The translations under genes were made by a program, and so were the position numbers. The notes under the pieces were generated by a model, which saw only the letters and a program-made list of their open reading frames with translations, did no database searches and had not been told where the DNA came from. Positions 49,980 to 61,731 of a DNA stretch of 64,000 nt are shown here, piece after piece. Position 1 is the stretch's first letter. Each line of letters opens with the position of its first letter. The stretch covers positions 5,800,304-5,864,303 of the forward strand of contig NW_003314262.1 in the NCBI RefSeq assembly GCF_000143415.4, given 5' to 3'. This stretch comes from Selaginella moellendorffii. Lineage: Eukaryota > Plantae > Lycopodiophyta.

Positions 49980-52900
49980 TTAACTTTCTTCTGCCTCATC
50001 ATCAACATAATGATTTCTTTTATACTTCCTCCTATATTGGTATTGTGGGGAAGATTCACCTTGCATATGTTGTTGATTCATAGCTTCTGCATAGTCAGGG
50101 AGACTTCCAAAGCCTCCAATTCTAGAAACTCCAGATGACTGTGATCTATAAAATAGAATGAAATATATATTGAAATTTTAATAAACATAATTTACCTCCT
50201 TGAGGTTGAAGGCAACTCACGAAATCCTCTGAGCCGGCGTTTGAAGAAATGATGTTCTTCAATAGCAAACACCGACCTACCAGAGTCACGTGCTGCCTCC
50301 ACCATAGAACCGCTACCTGCTGTGCAATCAATCACAACACCATCTGGTGGGCAATAGAGCTCAAGCAAGACTTGCATTGCCGATGGAGTTCGGAATCGGT
50401 ACCCTGGAAACGTGTTGCGGATCTGCTCATCCACAAGGTTGGGTATGATGTTAGTGGAACTGTCATACCCAGGCAAAACACGTGCTGCACGTTTGCTATC
50501 ACGAAACCCATCATGTGTGTTTCTGCAGAAGGCATGATAGGTCCACATCATAACCTGGAAAATAAAAATGTTTAAAAATTAGATAAAAATATAAAATACA
50601 TACTCACCTTTTCAGGCTTCCCTTGGACACCCCTCATATCAACGCCAATAGGATCCATGATGCACTTGGAAGAGAATGATTTGAAATGAACTTCTGCCGC
50701 ACATGTCATAAGCTCATACATCCAGTTGGGGTCGTTCGGTAGGATGAAGACGATATGGTCAGCTTCGAGCATAAGTGCTTCGGACAATAGGAATGCATCG
50801 CGCAAGTGGTCAGGTGTGAGAAATTTTCAATCCTCAACTTTCCCATCGATATCTGAAAGACCATCTGGAAAGTCGAAGAGAATGAAGTCTGCAACTGGGA
50901 GCACGGGCCTTTGTATCTTTCGGCACCAACAGTTGAACTGGCGGCGTATATCCATGTTGATGTCGTCTTCCGTGAAAGATGTCAATAATCTACTGTAAGA
51001 GCCAATGAAGATACCCACAATGCCTCGTTGTGTTATTGGGGACACAGGATGGACCTATAAAAGAGCTAAGTGAATGAAAAAAGTAATAAATAGTATGATA
51101 CTGTCATATGGCGTGTTGTCGATGAGAGTTCCTCCAACTCCTCTTCACGAGCATCTCATCGAGCTGGAATGAAATTACTATCAACAGTCATTGCTGCAAA
51201 AAACATGTATTACCACCTTTAGTTTGTAAAATTCACTTTTGCTTACCTCGAGGTCGATGTGATATTCTGTGAACCACTTAATCATATTTATTTACTGGTA
51301 GAACCTGATCCGGATCTTGGTTGTTTGATGGTTGAATTGGAGCCTGTTCTTGACTGTCTGGTGGTGGAACATGAACTCGATCTGGAGCTTCCTCATCCTC
51401 GTCTCCATCGTCACTTGCATTGCCATCATTGCTAGCATTGATAATTTCCTTGCGATCTAGTGTAGAGGTCTCCTTCCCTAGGAGCTCCAACTCCCAAGGG
51501 CATTCTATCTTCCGTGCCTTCAGAACTCTCGCAAACATTGTTGGGTACATTCCTCCATCCCTTACACCCTTTGCAACAAGTCGAGTGCAAACTGGTGCCT
51601 CAAATGGCATGCCTCTATATCGAAGATACCTGTAAACAATATATATTAAAAAACAGTCTTAGAAATCATATTATACCTATAAGCTGCACATCGCATGAAA
51701 TAAGGTTGACTATGTTGGCAATCATAAGTTGTTGTGCTTATAGACTTCTCTGGCAGCCACCCCTCTTCGATCCCTTCCAATGACGTGTTGATGTAGGTGT
51801 CGAAAGACATGAATGTGCCATCTAGATCGTCACCAATGTGTGGTGCTAAGAACTTCTCACCTTCACTTATAGTTTGCGTGATGTAGACAACCCTTCTCAT
51901 CATGTTCTCAAATAGTTCTGGCAGTCCTTTCTCTCTGTTCATCAAGCAGACATTGAGGAACTCCAGAGTCTCTATCTATTGCTTATATGGAAGCTTCGAT
52001 TTTGCGATATTGTAAATCATGTCATCTAGAGTTTTGTTCACTACAAAAGTAACATATGCATAATTAAGAAAAATGAAGTGTGATAAAAAAACTTACATTC
52101 ATGAGAAGAAATTTCGGCTATAGTCTCTAGCCACTCCTTCGGCCTGCGATTGTCTGCAATGCATACTAGTTTCTTCAACTTTGAGGACTTTGCATGCTAA
52201 ATTTTGTGCTCAATTTGTACAAACTCAGCTGAGATCTTTTCCCGACTCTTCTCTGGATATACAAGTTCGTAAGCATCCTGCTTGACCTTCACCAAAGGCT
52301 AAAAACCAAAACAATTAAAAGAGGCTTTTATAAAATAAAAGGGAAAGACATACCTTACACCACATAGCAAGTATAAAACTGATTGGGTTGTTGAACCAAG
52401 TTGTACCGTCATTTCGAGTGCGTGAGTGCCAAACAAGTGTTGCGAGATCATCACCATAATGTTGGCGGATGTCATCCTCACTCAAGTCTGCCAAAAATTG
52501 AAGTTGCTCGATGTCATGGACAAGATTTTGTTTTTGAACAGCGAATTGCCCAAGCCTACATTTAAACAGAACAAAACAAGTTAAAGTGGAGTTAGAGGTA
52601 AAATTATAAAACTTACGCATTGATCTTTTGGCAGGCCAAGATAAGTTTGTTAACATCCAAAGGTCCCTTCGCGTAGACATGGCCGACATGAACGTTGATA
52701 TCGTAGACGGGATCATCGTGAAAATGATCGTCGATACACTTCATCCAAGCTCCATATCGGTGGTTACCGTTAATAATTTGGAACATTGTCCCCGCAAGCT
52801 GTCGAGTCTCAGGATGTCTGATAAGCATGTCGTCAAATTCTAGGGACTTCCTCCTCCAAATAGGATCCCAGCTATTCACAATCTCGGGTGTGACAGTAAT

Positions 52901-53604
52901 GATCTCTGTTGTTCCTGGCTTGCAAAAAGAGACTAGAAACATACCGATATTTGTTGCAAGGCCATTCTGTTTGAACAAACTGTATATATCCGGGTTGACA
53001 TACTTGGATGTTGTGCGGACAAGGTTCATTTGCTGCAAACGGCAAAGGGGGATTTCTCTGATCAAGTCACAAGGGCCTGGCCACTTGAGCGCCTCAAGTG
53101 TTTAGTGAACTGCTTTTCCCTTGTCCGCATAACAGTCTCTTGGAAGTGCTTGTCCACCACGTTGTCAGGAAGGTCTGCAACTCTTTCAGCTCCAGGCTGT
53201 TCCTCAGGTTCCCTATCGTGAACACCACTAGATTGCCCAACTTCAGGGATTTGCATTGGTGGTGGGGGCAGAGGCAATAGTGCCAGTGGTGGTGGCAATG
53301 CTGGTGGTGGTGGTGCCGGCGGGGGCAGAGGCAATAGTGGTAGTGGTGGTGGCAATGGTGGTGGTGGCGGTGGTGATGGAGGTGGTGGAGGTGGTGATGG
53401 AGGTGGTGGAGGTGGCGATGGCGGTGGTGGAGGTGGTGATGGTGGAGGTGATGGTGGTGGAGGTGGTGAATCTCTAACTAAATGTGTCTCTATTGTGCCA
53501 ATGGATATGTCAATTGTGATGTCGTTGTTAGTGCCAAATTGAACTTCTCGTGTCTTTTTGGCTCCAACAACCTTTTTATGTGTTACAATTTTCCTTTTAT
53601 GCAA
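49980..53604 (-). pseudogene. ParB/Srx-like domain plus beta-class N4C/N6A DNA methyltransferase-like fusion gene, multi-exon, degenerate
   Basis: Poly-Pro N-terminus; FQIINGNHRYGAW (about 52745-52785); ADFILFDFPDG (DFPD at 50863-74, in the motif IV position); downstream RTPSAMQVLLELYCPPDGVVIDCTAGSGSMVEAARDSGRSVFAIE (motif X/I, about 50260-50395). GT-AG introns include 52556-52616, 52299-52353, 50555-50607 and 50146-50195. Premature stops (e.g. 50827) and a frameshift near 53063. The 5' end is uncertain. Confidence 0.8.
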
Positions 53605-53947
53605 GAGAATAAAATTTGTTAGTCATACTATTTAAAGATTATGAGAAATTCAAACAGTCAAAGAGAAAAAAAAAATCAAGTGGGCATAGACTCCACCTCG
53701 GGCACTTTGGTTGCCCAGGGGGCCAAGATTATTTGAATAACCTCGGCCCCTCGACAAGCAAAACTGCCCGAGTTGGCCGGCCAGAGCTTGACCTCGGCCA
53801 GCAAAGAAGCAATCAAGAAAAAAAAAGGGAAGCAATGGAATGGAAGCAATAGACTCAAAAAATGGAAGTGGAAGCAATCAAATCGAAACTCACCCTTGGT
53901 GGCATCTTTCCTCCCTCGATTTCTTGATCGTGCAAGATTTTTTGTGT

Positions 53948-54255
53948 GCTCAATCTCTCCCGCTCGTGCACTCAATCTCTCCTGCTCGCGCGCTCAATCT
54001 CTCTGGCTTGCACACTCAAACTCTCCCACTCGTGCGCTCAATCTCTCCCGCTCGCACACTCAAACCCTCCCGCTCGCGCGCTCAATCTCTTGATCTCTTG
54101 CGCGCTCAATCGCTCGATCTCCTTCGCGCTCAATCCCTCGATCTCCTTCGCGCTCAATCTCTCGATCTCTCACGCGCTCCACTCACGATGCAAACAGTAA
54201 CCTAATCTTGGCGGCTACCCTAACCCTAATCCTGACGGCTGCCCTAACCCTAACC
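53948..54255. repeat. Tandem CGCGCTCAATCTCTC-type repeats followed by CCCTAA repeats
   Basis: About ten degenerate 22-24 bp units, then CCCTAACCCTAA twice (about 54218-54255). Confidence 0.8.
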
Positions 54256-55418
54256 AATCTCTAATCCTGGCTGTTCATTCCGAATAACCTAAATCTCAAC
54301 CATCACAATATCTTTGATCTTATTTTATCTTATCATTATTATTATATGTAAATTATGCTTCTTTATTTTGTATATTTTAATGATGGTATAACTAGCACCT
54401 ATCAACATTTCTGTTATTAGAGATATGATATTATATTTTACAAATTATCTAGAAAGGATGCATTCTCATCAATATTTTGTACATATTTTGGAATCATTAC
54501 AAGAACTTCAAAGAGTATAAATAAGGCACGTTAAAATATGTTGTACTATATCCATCTATGAATGGATGAATCCTCATCCAGAAATTTATTTTGTGTTGTA
54601 TTAGATCCTAAACAATAGGCACGTGCTTTAAATGTCATTGAGTAGTGTTCACAATTATGGATAAAACTTGAGTTGTAGTACGATCAAATCTGTCATTGAA
54701 GAATAAGATATGACAAGATTTATTATCATCTACCACTTAAAATTTGACAACTTGACATATCACACGTGCTGATAGTTAGATTGGATCTCTTGGTTTGACA
54801 CGTTATAGCAGAATGTCATTACTGGTATCATTATTAACTATCAAACTTCACGTGCTGAAAATCTTTCCTTGGATCTATGTGTATACATGCATTAGACATC
54901 ATAATAGATGACAGTAATATTAATACTGTCACACTTACACATGTTAAATTTGCTATAGAATTTAAATTCATTTTGTATGTTATCTTCTTATTACTCTATT
55001 TAAATGTTAATTATGTTTCACTATAGATTTTTACAAGTAGCATAAAGAGAGAGAACTCCAAAACCTATTGAGAAGGATGGAAAGGTTTCTTCTTCATTTT
55101 CGAGATCACCCACCTCTTTCATTCTCTTAGAGTATTGTTTCTGAAAGTTTTTTATGTCGGCGTTTTGATCTTTGTCTTGGCTCTATTTCTTTAGAGGCTG
55201 TGATCCGCAATGACACTGGTATAGTTGCATACTCGGAGTTTCTTCTTTCTGGTGTGGGCGAGGGTGGACAACAATGGGATTTACAAAATTCCAAGTCGAA
55301 GGAGATTCGAGTGTTCGGATCTCCAGTCAAAATGCCAAAATGCACTCCAGCGAAAGTGAATGTGAAGTAAGAGTTAGTCGTTATCCTCTCGTCCTCTTCT
55401 AGTTCAAGTGGAGATGTC

Positions 55419-58400
55419 ATGCTAGTGTCGGTGCCAAATTCACCAGCTCCAACTCTAACTCCAGCTTCAACTTCAGCAATATTCAAAGCCGTTAGCAATG
55501 CTTTCCAGTTTTCACGCCTCTCAATCGACGTGCACTTGTTTTTGTATAGGCTTATGAGTGAGCTTCCATCCTCCTACAACGGCAACATTTTTTTCGAGCT
55601 ACCACCTCTTGTCAGCAGCACAGGTTCCAAACGGAAGGGGATGGAAACCAAGCAGGATGTCCACAATTGGTGCAAGATCAAGACCACACACTTCCAACAT
55701 TTTGAAGGCACAGTGTCTATAGTTCATTATGGTGGGCATTTAGATTGTGTGGATGAAGCATGCAATGGAGACCGCACTAGAAACTCTATATTTTTCGAAG
55801 GGTCTGCAATCAATCCTCTAGCCTGTGACACCATTGCTGTTGGATTCAAATGTCGATTCTACAAAAATGCTCCTCTATGTTGTGCTATCTGCGAGGCCAA
55901 GATGTACTACTTTCTTCTACGGGATGGAGTGGCTGGAAGAGCTGCAGTGCATGTTGGCACACATATGCATCCAATGCAGGAAGGGATACAGAGGAGTTCT
56001 CCGTTTCAAAGATGCTGTACAGGAAGAGACCATGAGAAACTCATCTGCAACTCCGAAGCATGTTCAGAAGACCGTCCTCAAAGATTTTATCGCAAATACG
56101 TTACTCAATCCAGGTTGCCAAAAGACTCAACTAAAAAAGGCTAGCTTGCAGGACTTACTACGAGGAGTACAACCTGCTACTAGCCTAAGGAGGTACATCC
56201 GTTATTTTTCATACGTTATAATAATAATTTTTTCTTACATTATATTGTTTAGGATAAAATCTTGGATGTGTGAATCTCGAGAGGGGAAGTTGCAATCAAA
56301 AATTGACTCCATCCTTGAATTGAAACGGACCTGTCCATACGAGTTCATCCACAGAAGTTTGTTTCCAGACCAAGTTGTGAATGAGCAAGAGTGCCCCTTC
56401 GTCTTCAAAATGTCTACCATGGGCCCTGCCTCTGGCGTAGATCTTGTCTCCCGAATGACATGTTTGGGTCTAGTGACCTTGCAAATGCATGGGTACATTT
56501 TGACCATATGGAGCGTGTATCCGGTTGGACAACCATAGGAGCTCATGTGTATGATCCAAGGTAATTTTTATTCTCATTATATTGAAATTGTTATAATATT
56601 TATGTTTTCATAGGCTACGTTGTAACTTAACAATTGCGACAGCAGAGTTTAAAGTACAAGACCAGACAGCACAAGAAATATTTTGGAAGTCCCTCTTTGA
56701 TATTGTCCTAAAGCGGACTGGTAAGCTTGCAAACTTTCGTGGTTTCATGGCAGATGGGGCTGGTGCAAATTGGAATGGTATCCGAGCAGTTTTTGGGAAT
56801 AGTCAACCATTAGAAGGTCGTGAGAGGACTTGTGAGTTCCATTGGGCTCAAAGCCTAAACCAGCACTACCACCTTATCAAGCTAGAGTTTCAATCAATAT
56901 TTAAAGAGTTGTGCAAACAATGGCAGGTTGCACCTTCTGAAGAAAAGCATGAGGCAAAAGCAAACGAGATCCAAATGTGGTGGCATGAAGATGGCCATAC
57001 AGATGTAAGTTGCCTACCACAACTTGAGTCATGGTTAGGATGGTGGGAAGTTAGGATGTTCCAATGGGGACATCACTCTTTTCAAGTTGGTTTATATTTT
57101 TTCTTCTCCTTTTATTACCTTTTAATATTGCCTTTTCCATTAGGATCAACCACTTGAGGAACTCACATACACCCCAACTGTGAATCTCTCCGAAAGTAAG
57201 CATTGGACTTGGCGTTCCTCTGAGGCAGGGAAAGGGAAGATGAGTCTATACAAAGCCTGTCTATCAGATTTGATACGTGCTATAGAGCAATCTTCAAAAG
57301 CACTAGCATTCGAGGAAGGAAGATACATGGGAACAGGGCCTTCTGTTGAGATGTTACATGATAGGATGAAGAGAAAATTAACTCTACCCGCCCGAACAGT
57401 GGCAACTGCAGTTGAGGAAGTGGTCTGTGGCACATCTATGGAGTACACTCCCCGAGCTTCTATTGGTGATATGAAGACTGTCTGCTCAAAACATCGTTTT
57501 TCCTTTGCTGGGGAAGATGTTGGTACGGACCTTGGAGCAAAAAGCTCTCACAGGCCTGATGTCGAGTACCATTCTGCTCCAAGACACCACTCTTGGACCG
57601 AGCCACCTCAAGTGGCTGATGAAGAGAGTGCATCGCAACAGGTTGAAATTGCTTACCGTAGCGTGGAGCTGAAGCAATGGGCAATCCGACGTGTGCCAAC
57701 AAAATCGAATGTAAGGTGTGTGGGGATGCTTCCGAGGGGCAAGTGTTGGGCCTGGATTCGTGGTGAAAAATCTGCTTCTGTTCCAGCCCCATGTTTCTAT
57801 GGGGAATGAAAGCAAGTAGGATTTTCAAGATGGTGTTGGCTATATTGTTGCAACACCGACGCCAACCATACGAAGCAGCTTGAAGACACTATAGTGACTA
57901 AACCTAATGCAGTACCTAAAGAATGGCCGGTTGCTAATGGGGTCGTGCTCACCTCGGATGAGATTGAAAACCTTGAGAAATCTAGTTTTAATCTTGAGAG
58001 GAGAGTTGGAGACATGAGTGAGAGGAGCAGGACTATTCCTACAGAGATGCACAGGAGGCCAGCACGAAAAGGTAAAGCAGTTAAATTTATTGGTACCGTC
58101 TCCAAGCAGAAGCAAGGTAAAATAAACTTGGCTCAAACACTTGAGTGTGAGATTCTCTCCACGAAGTACATCACTGCGCTTGCAAAAGAGTACACAGTCA
58201 AAACAGAAGGTGGAGAGTACACAATTGCCATTCACGACTTTCCTTCTTGCACATGTCCAGACTTTACAAAGCGCGAGGAACATGGGAAGGCATATGCTCC
58301 TTGCAAGCATATGTACTACATCTTCATTAACATCTTGCACCAGGATCCTAAAGTGGATATTCATATACACCAAGCAAGCTTTACTATTGTTGAGTTGCAG

Positions 58401-58421
58401 AAAACTTTTGGAGCTAATTAG
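55419..58421 (+). pseudogene. MULE transposase (WRKY/GCM-like Zn domain, DDE core, SWIM finger), multi-exon, with frameshifts and stops
   Basis: N-terminal C..C...AAVHVGTHMHP; core GFMADGAGANWNGIRAVFG...RTCEFHWAQSL (D and CxxH); TVNLSESKH (E); C-terminal SWIM CTCPDF-x12-CKHMYY. Frameshifts near 55995 and 56460, stop at 57807. Confidence 0.88.
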
Positions 58422-58512
58422 ATTTCTCCAACACTATCGATGTTTATTCTCTATCAATAAAACTTATTATACTTTATATAATCAATACAAATGTGCTTTT
58501 TCATTTCACTTT

Positions 58513-58965
58513 TCATTTTATATGCTTCCGAGTGTTCTTCTTGCAATACTGCCCATAGTACTCGTGTGTCTCCATTTCTGTCTTTACCATCTCAAAAAAG
58601 ATTTCATGGTAATCTTTCGGGTGTGTGATGTTGCAGTGTGTTGCAAGAGCATATATACCATCATACTGATCATTGCTATTGTTTCCACCATACGCTAGAA
58701 AACATATGGGACACTTCTTGAAAGTGGCAAAATTGCACTTTTCTAAAACACGTAAGAGGGCATTCTTTTTCACCCAATTTGTTGCACCCTCTGTCATTGC
58801 ATTTATCTCCAATTCATGATCACTATCCTCGCTATCCTCTCTTTCATTCTCTTGTATGATTTGGTTATGCTGTGCAATGGGATAGTTATTGCATCTCCTA
58901 GCCCTTGAGCCCTGGGAAAAAAGATTGTGAGAGTTAAAATTACCAACACTAGAACCCATAGACAT
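58513..58965 (-). CDS. Small transposon-borne C2H2-like zinc-finger protein B (150 aa)
   Basis: Intact ORF with an acidic patch and CPIC-x21-HCNITHP..YHEIFFEMVKTEMETHEYY. TATAAA lies about 50 bp upstream. Confidence 0.6.
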   Translation of the reverse strand: MSMGSSVGNFNSHNLFSQGSRARRCNNYPIAQHNQIIQENEREDSEDSDHELEINAMTEGATNWVKKNALLRVLEKCNFATFKKCPICFLAYGGNNSNDQYDGIYALATHCNITHPKDYHEIFFEMVKTEMETHEYYGQYCKKNTRKHIK

Positions 58966-59809
58966 TTGTGGGTGTATTTCCCTTTTTTCGAATGAGAGTG
59001 TGAATGAAGATTTATAAATTCTAGACAGTATGCTACGAAAAACCCCTCAAGAATGTATTCTATAAAGAACCAAGTCTTTTTTTTATATGCAATAAGCTTA
59101 CATCAACGGTTATTTTTTTTCCTTTCAAACGGTTATATGTCTTTACATAGAATCTTATTTCAAATTTAATAATTTTTTAATTCTGACAAACCTAACGTTT
59201 ACTAGCCAGAAAGCATAGAGTACAAATTTAAAGAAGTGACAAGAATACTCTTTTTGCAAACATTTTATTTTATGTTCTAACAAATGTCCCTATCATTGCA
59301 TATAGTAAATATTTAAATTATTAGAACAAAAAAGTGTTCTTTAGAACATTTCTATCTATATAATATATAGAGAGTTATTAAATTATTAGGTTCGCCATAA
59401 CCTTAAAATTTTAAAATTTATAATGTTTGTACTAAATTACAATTGAAAATTGAGCTCAACTCGTGAGCTCAACTCTTCAACTTGTGAGCTCAAGTATGGT
59501 CCGTACCCCCTGCTCATAGTCCACATATTAGATGAAAGACAATGTTGACGACTTTAACAATGCTTGCAATAGTGTAGCATGATAAAAAAAATAATCAACA
59601 AAACAACTAAGAATTAGCCATCAAAAGATCAATCAACTTATCAACAACTCAACAACCTCATAAAGTGATCAATCAACTCAGCATGAATTGATGTGAATTG
59701 ATCAATCATCATAATTCAATTAGATCAAATAAACATTATCCACTATACACCACTCCCCTTTAATGGGAGGATTGAATATCTTGATTGGTTCCATTAGAAG
59801 ATATAAGAA

Positions 59810-60534
59810 AGTGCAAAACACTTTTGAGCTCATGAGCTCCAGCGTTAACCTTGTGAGCTGAGCTCAATTTGTACTTCAAGCAACCTTATTAAACCTTGGG
59901 GCCTTACAAATGTGATGTGGCTTGGGTTTAAAGAGGGGCTTCTTGGGTCAAGGGCCAGAGATGTTGAAGCTTGTGGCCCTAACAGAAACAAAATGCATGC
60001 CTCGTGGGAGCTTGCAGCCCCAGGCAAATATCAGTTCAGAAGTGAACCAGTTTTTTTCCAATTAGTTTGCATGCTAATCAAATTTGGCTGAACCAGTTCA
60101 AGTGCAAATCACATTTTGCGGAACCAGTTTAGCTAAGTCCAGATCTAGGTTGCACTAATGGCCGCCTCAAGCAGCAAGAGGGGGTAGAGTGGTTTACTTT
60201 GTAAATTGAATTATTTTGGTTGGCACAAAAGTTTCTTACTAGTTTTAACGTGTTAAACTTAGTTTTAAGGTTGAACTTGAAGTTTAGATTTTATAGTTTT
60301 AAGGTTTTTTATAAAATAAAATAAAAATCTAGTTCACATACAGGAAAATTTAGTTTGCATATCTACAGACCAATGAGACTTTAAAAGCTAGAAAGTGTGT
60401 AGACTTTAATTTTAACGAACAGATAGCAAATTAATTGAGGATCTATATTGTTTCAAGATTTATAGTTGATTATGTTGATTTCCATTGACTTGAGTTCAAC
60501 TCATGAGCTTAATTCAATTTTTTGGACATCTCCC
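59810..60534 (-). mobile_element. Probable non-autonomous (MITE-like) relative of the MULE, in opposite orientation
   Basis: The reverse complement of 60450-60534 (GGGAGATGTCCAAAAAATTGAATTAAGCTCATGAGTTGAACTCAAGTCAA) resembles the MULE left end. 59810-59870 resembles the right TIR. Flanks TATAAGAA and TATAACAA match at 7/8. Confidence 0.45.
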
Positions 60535-60659
60535 TATAACAAGACAAGTTAATAGGTATCATAAAATATATCTATCTTGAAGATTTTGATGATGTGTTTG
60601 CTGAAATAACATGAGTAACTCAGAAAATGTTGGTCGTTAGCAAAGTTTTTGTGGATAAA

Positions 60660-61524
60660 AAATCATATATGCTTGTCAATCTCCTCTACATTGCTTCCAG
60701 AGTCTTTGAACCAGAGTACACCTGTGCCTTGAAACCTGGCTACCAGGCCCTCAAAGTCCTCCCCCTTGGATGCCGGATCATAGCTTAGCTCGCTTAGAAG
60801 GCCAAAATTAACATATTTTCATCAACCTCGCTCCGTCTCCGAGCAGGAGCTGGCTTTTCTGCAAAGCGGACAGGAGCTCCTTGAATTGGCTGTTTGTGAC
60901 GTGACGCCACCGCCATGCGTCAGATCTCCGCTTCCATGTCCTCGGTCCGGTCTATTTCTGGTCAGGACTCCGATATAGCCAAGGACGAAAGTGAGGCTGC
61001 TCCGGTAATCCTTTTCTGGAACATAGCCTTCTTTGTAGAGTTTGGTCACCTCGCGTTCCACAGCCTCTAGACGATCGGCCTCCTTGATCCTGCTCCGGAG
61101 AGTGGCCAGCGAGGTGGCACAGCTCGGCCCAGAGGAAATAAGTGCTTCGAACAACTTTGTATACAATGGTGCGAAGCTTGCCATCGCTGCTTCCTAAAGA
61201 ACCAGTGAGACTTAGTAGAAGCCTCGCAGTACCTTTCCCAATATTCTTCGACTGCATCCAGAGCAAGCATGGTGCCATCGTTGCTCAGTGCTCCCGCGGG
61301 GAGAGGCTGGAGGAGTGACGAGAAAAAGTTGACAAGAGTGGAGAGGGCTTCCTCCGTGACGGATGCGCAGGCACGGAGCTCGGCAGCGTTGCTCTTGAGC
61401 AGCGACGACAAATACGCCTCGGGAAGCCAGTCGTCACGCCCAGATGTACTGGTGGAGCTGGTGGAAGCACTCCGTATCGCGCCCTTTCCATTGCAAAGTT
61501 AACCCTATCTTGCCATGTATTCAT
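60660..61524 (-). pseudogene. Hypothetical alpha-helical protein gene or fragment, apparently frameshifted
   Basis: Overlapping GC-rich ORFs 61067..61411 and 60822..61184 with protein-like composition. No family recognised. Confidence 0.3.
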
Positions 61525-61731
61525 CCCAACGTGTAATTGGATCGTGATTCTGATTTACCTGCAATGTGGAGGCCTCTGGAAAGAGCAATGTGTAGGTGGT
61601 TCTGAGACTTTGGATATACTGCGAGTACTTCTTTAGAAGGACCGGTGGTATGGTTGGGATTGCAGAATTTGAGGCAAGTGGAAGTCTTTTATTTCTTAAC
61701 CCATTTTATCATCATCGTTTCTTGACTTCTT

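Larger units (their letters stand above)
47815..59508. mobile_element. Mutator-like (MULE) DNA transposon, 11.7 kb, carrying accessory genes
   Basis: 8-bp direct repeat CCTGCTCA at 47807-14 and 59509-16. Imperfect TIRs: left GGGGATGGCCCAAAGTTGAG...GAGCTCATGAGTTGAGCTCAATT versus right reverse complement GGGTACGGACCATACTTGAG...GAGCTCACGAGTTGAGCTCAATT. Encodes a MULE/SWIM transposase. Confidence 0.88.

Noticed and set aside
53260-53470. Extensin or standalone proline-rich gene
   Set aside because: It is the low-complexity N-terminal part of the ParB-MTase reading frame and has no signal peptide.
49980-53604. Bacterial or phage contamination as the source of the ParB-MTase
   Set aside because: The gene has GT-AG introns and lies within a TSD-flanked eukaryotic transposon between plant genes.
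47815-59508. hAT classification because of the 8-bp TSD
   Set aside because: The transposase shows MULE-type D...CxxH and SWIM features; no hAT dimerisation domain is seen.
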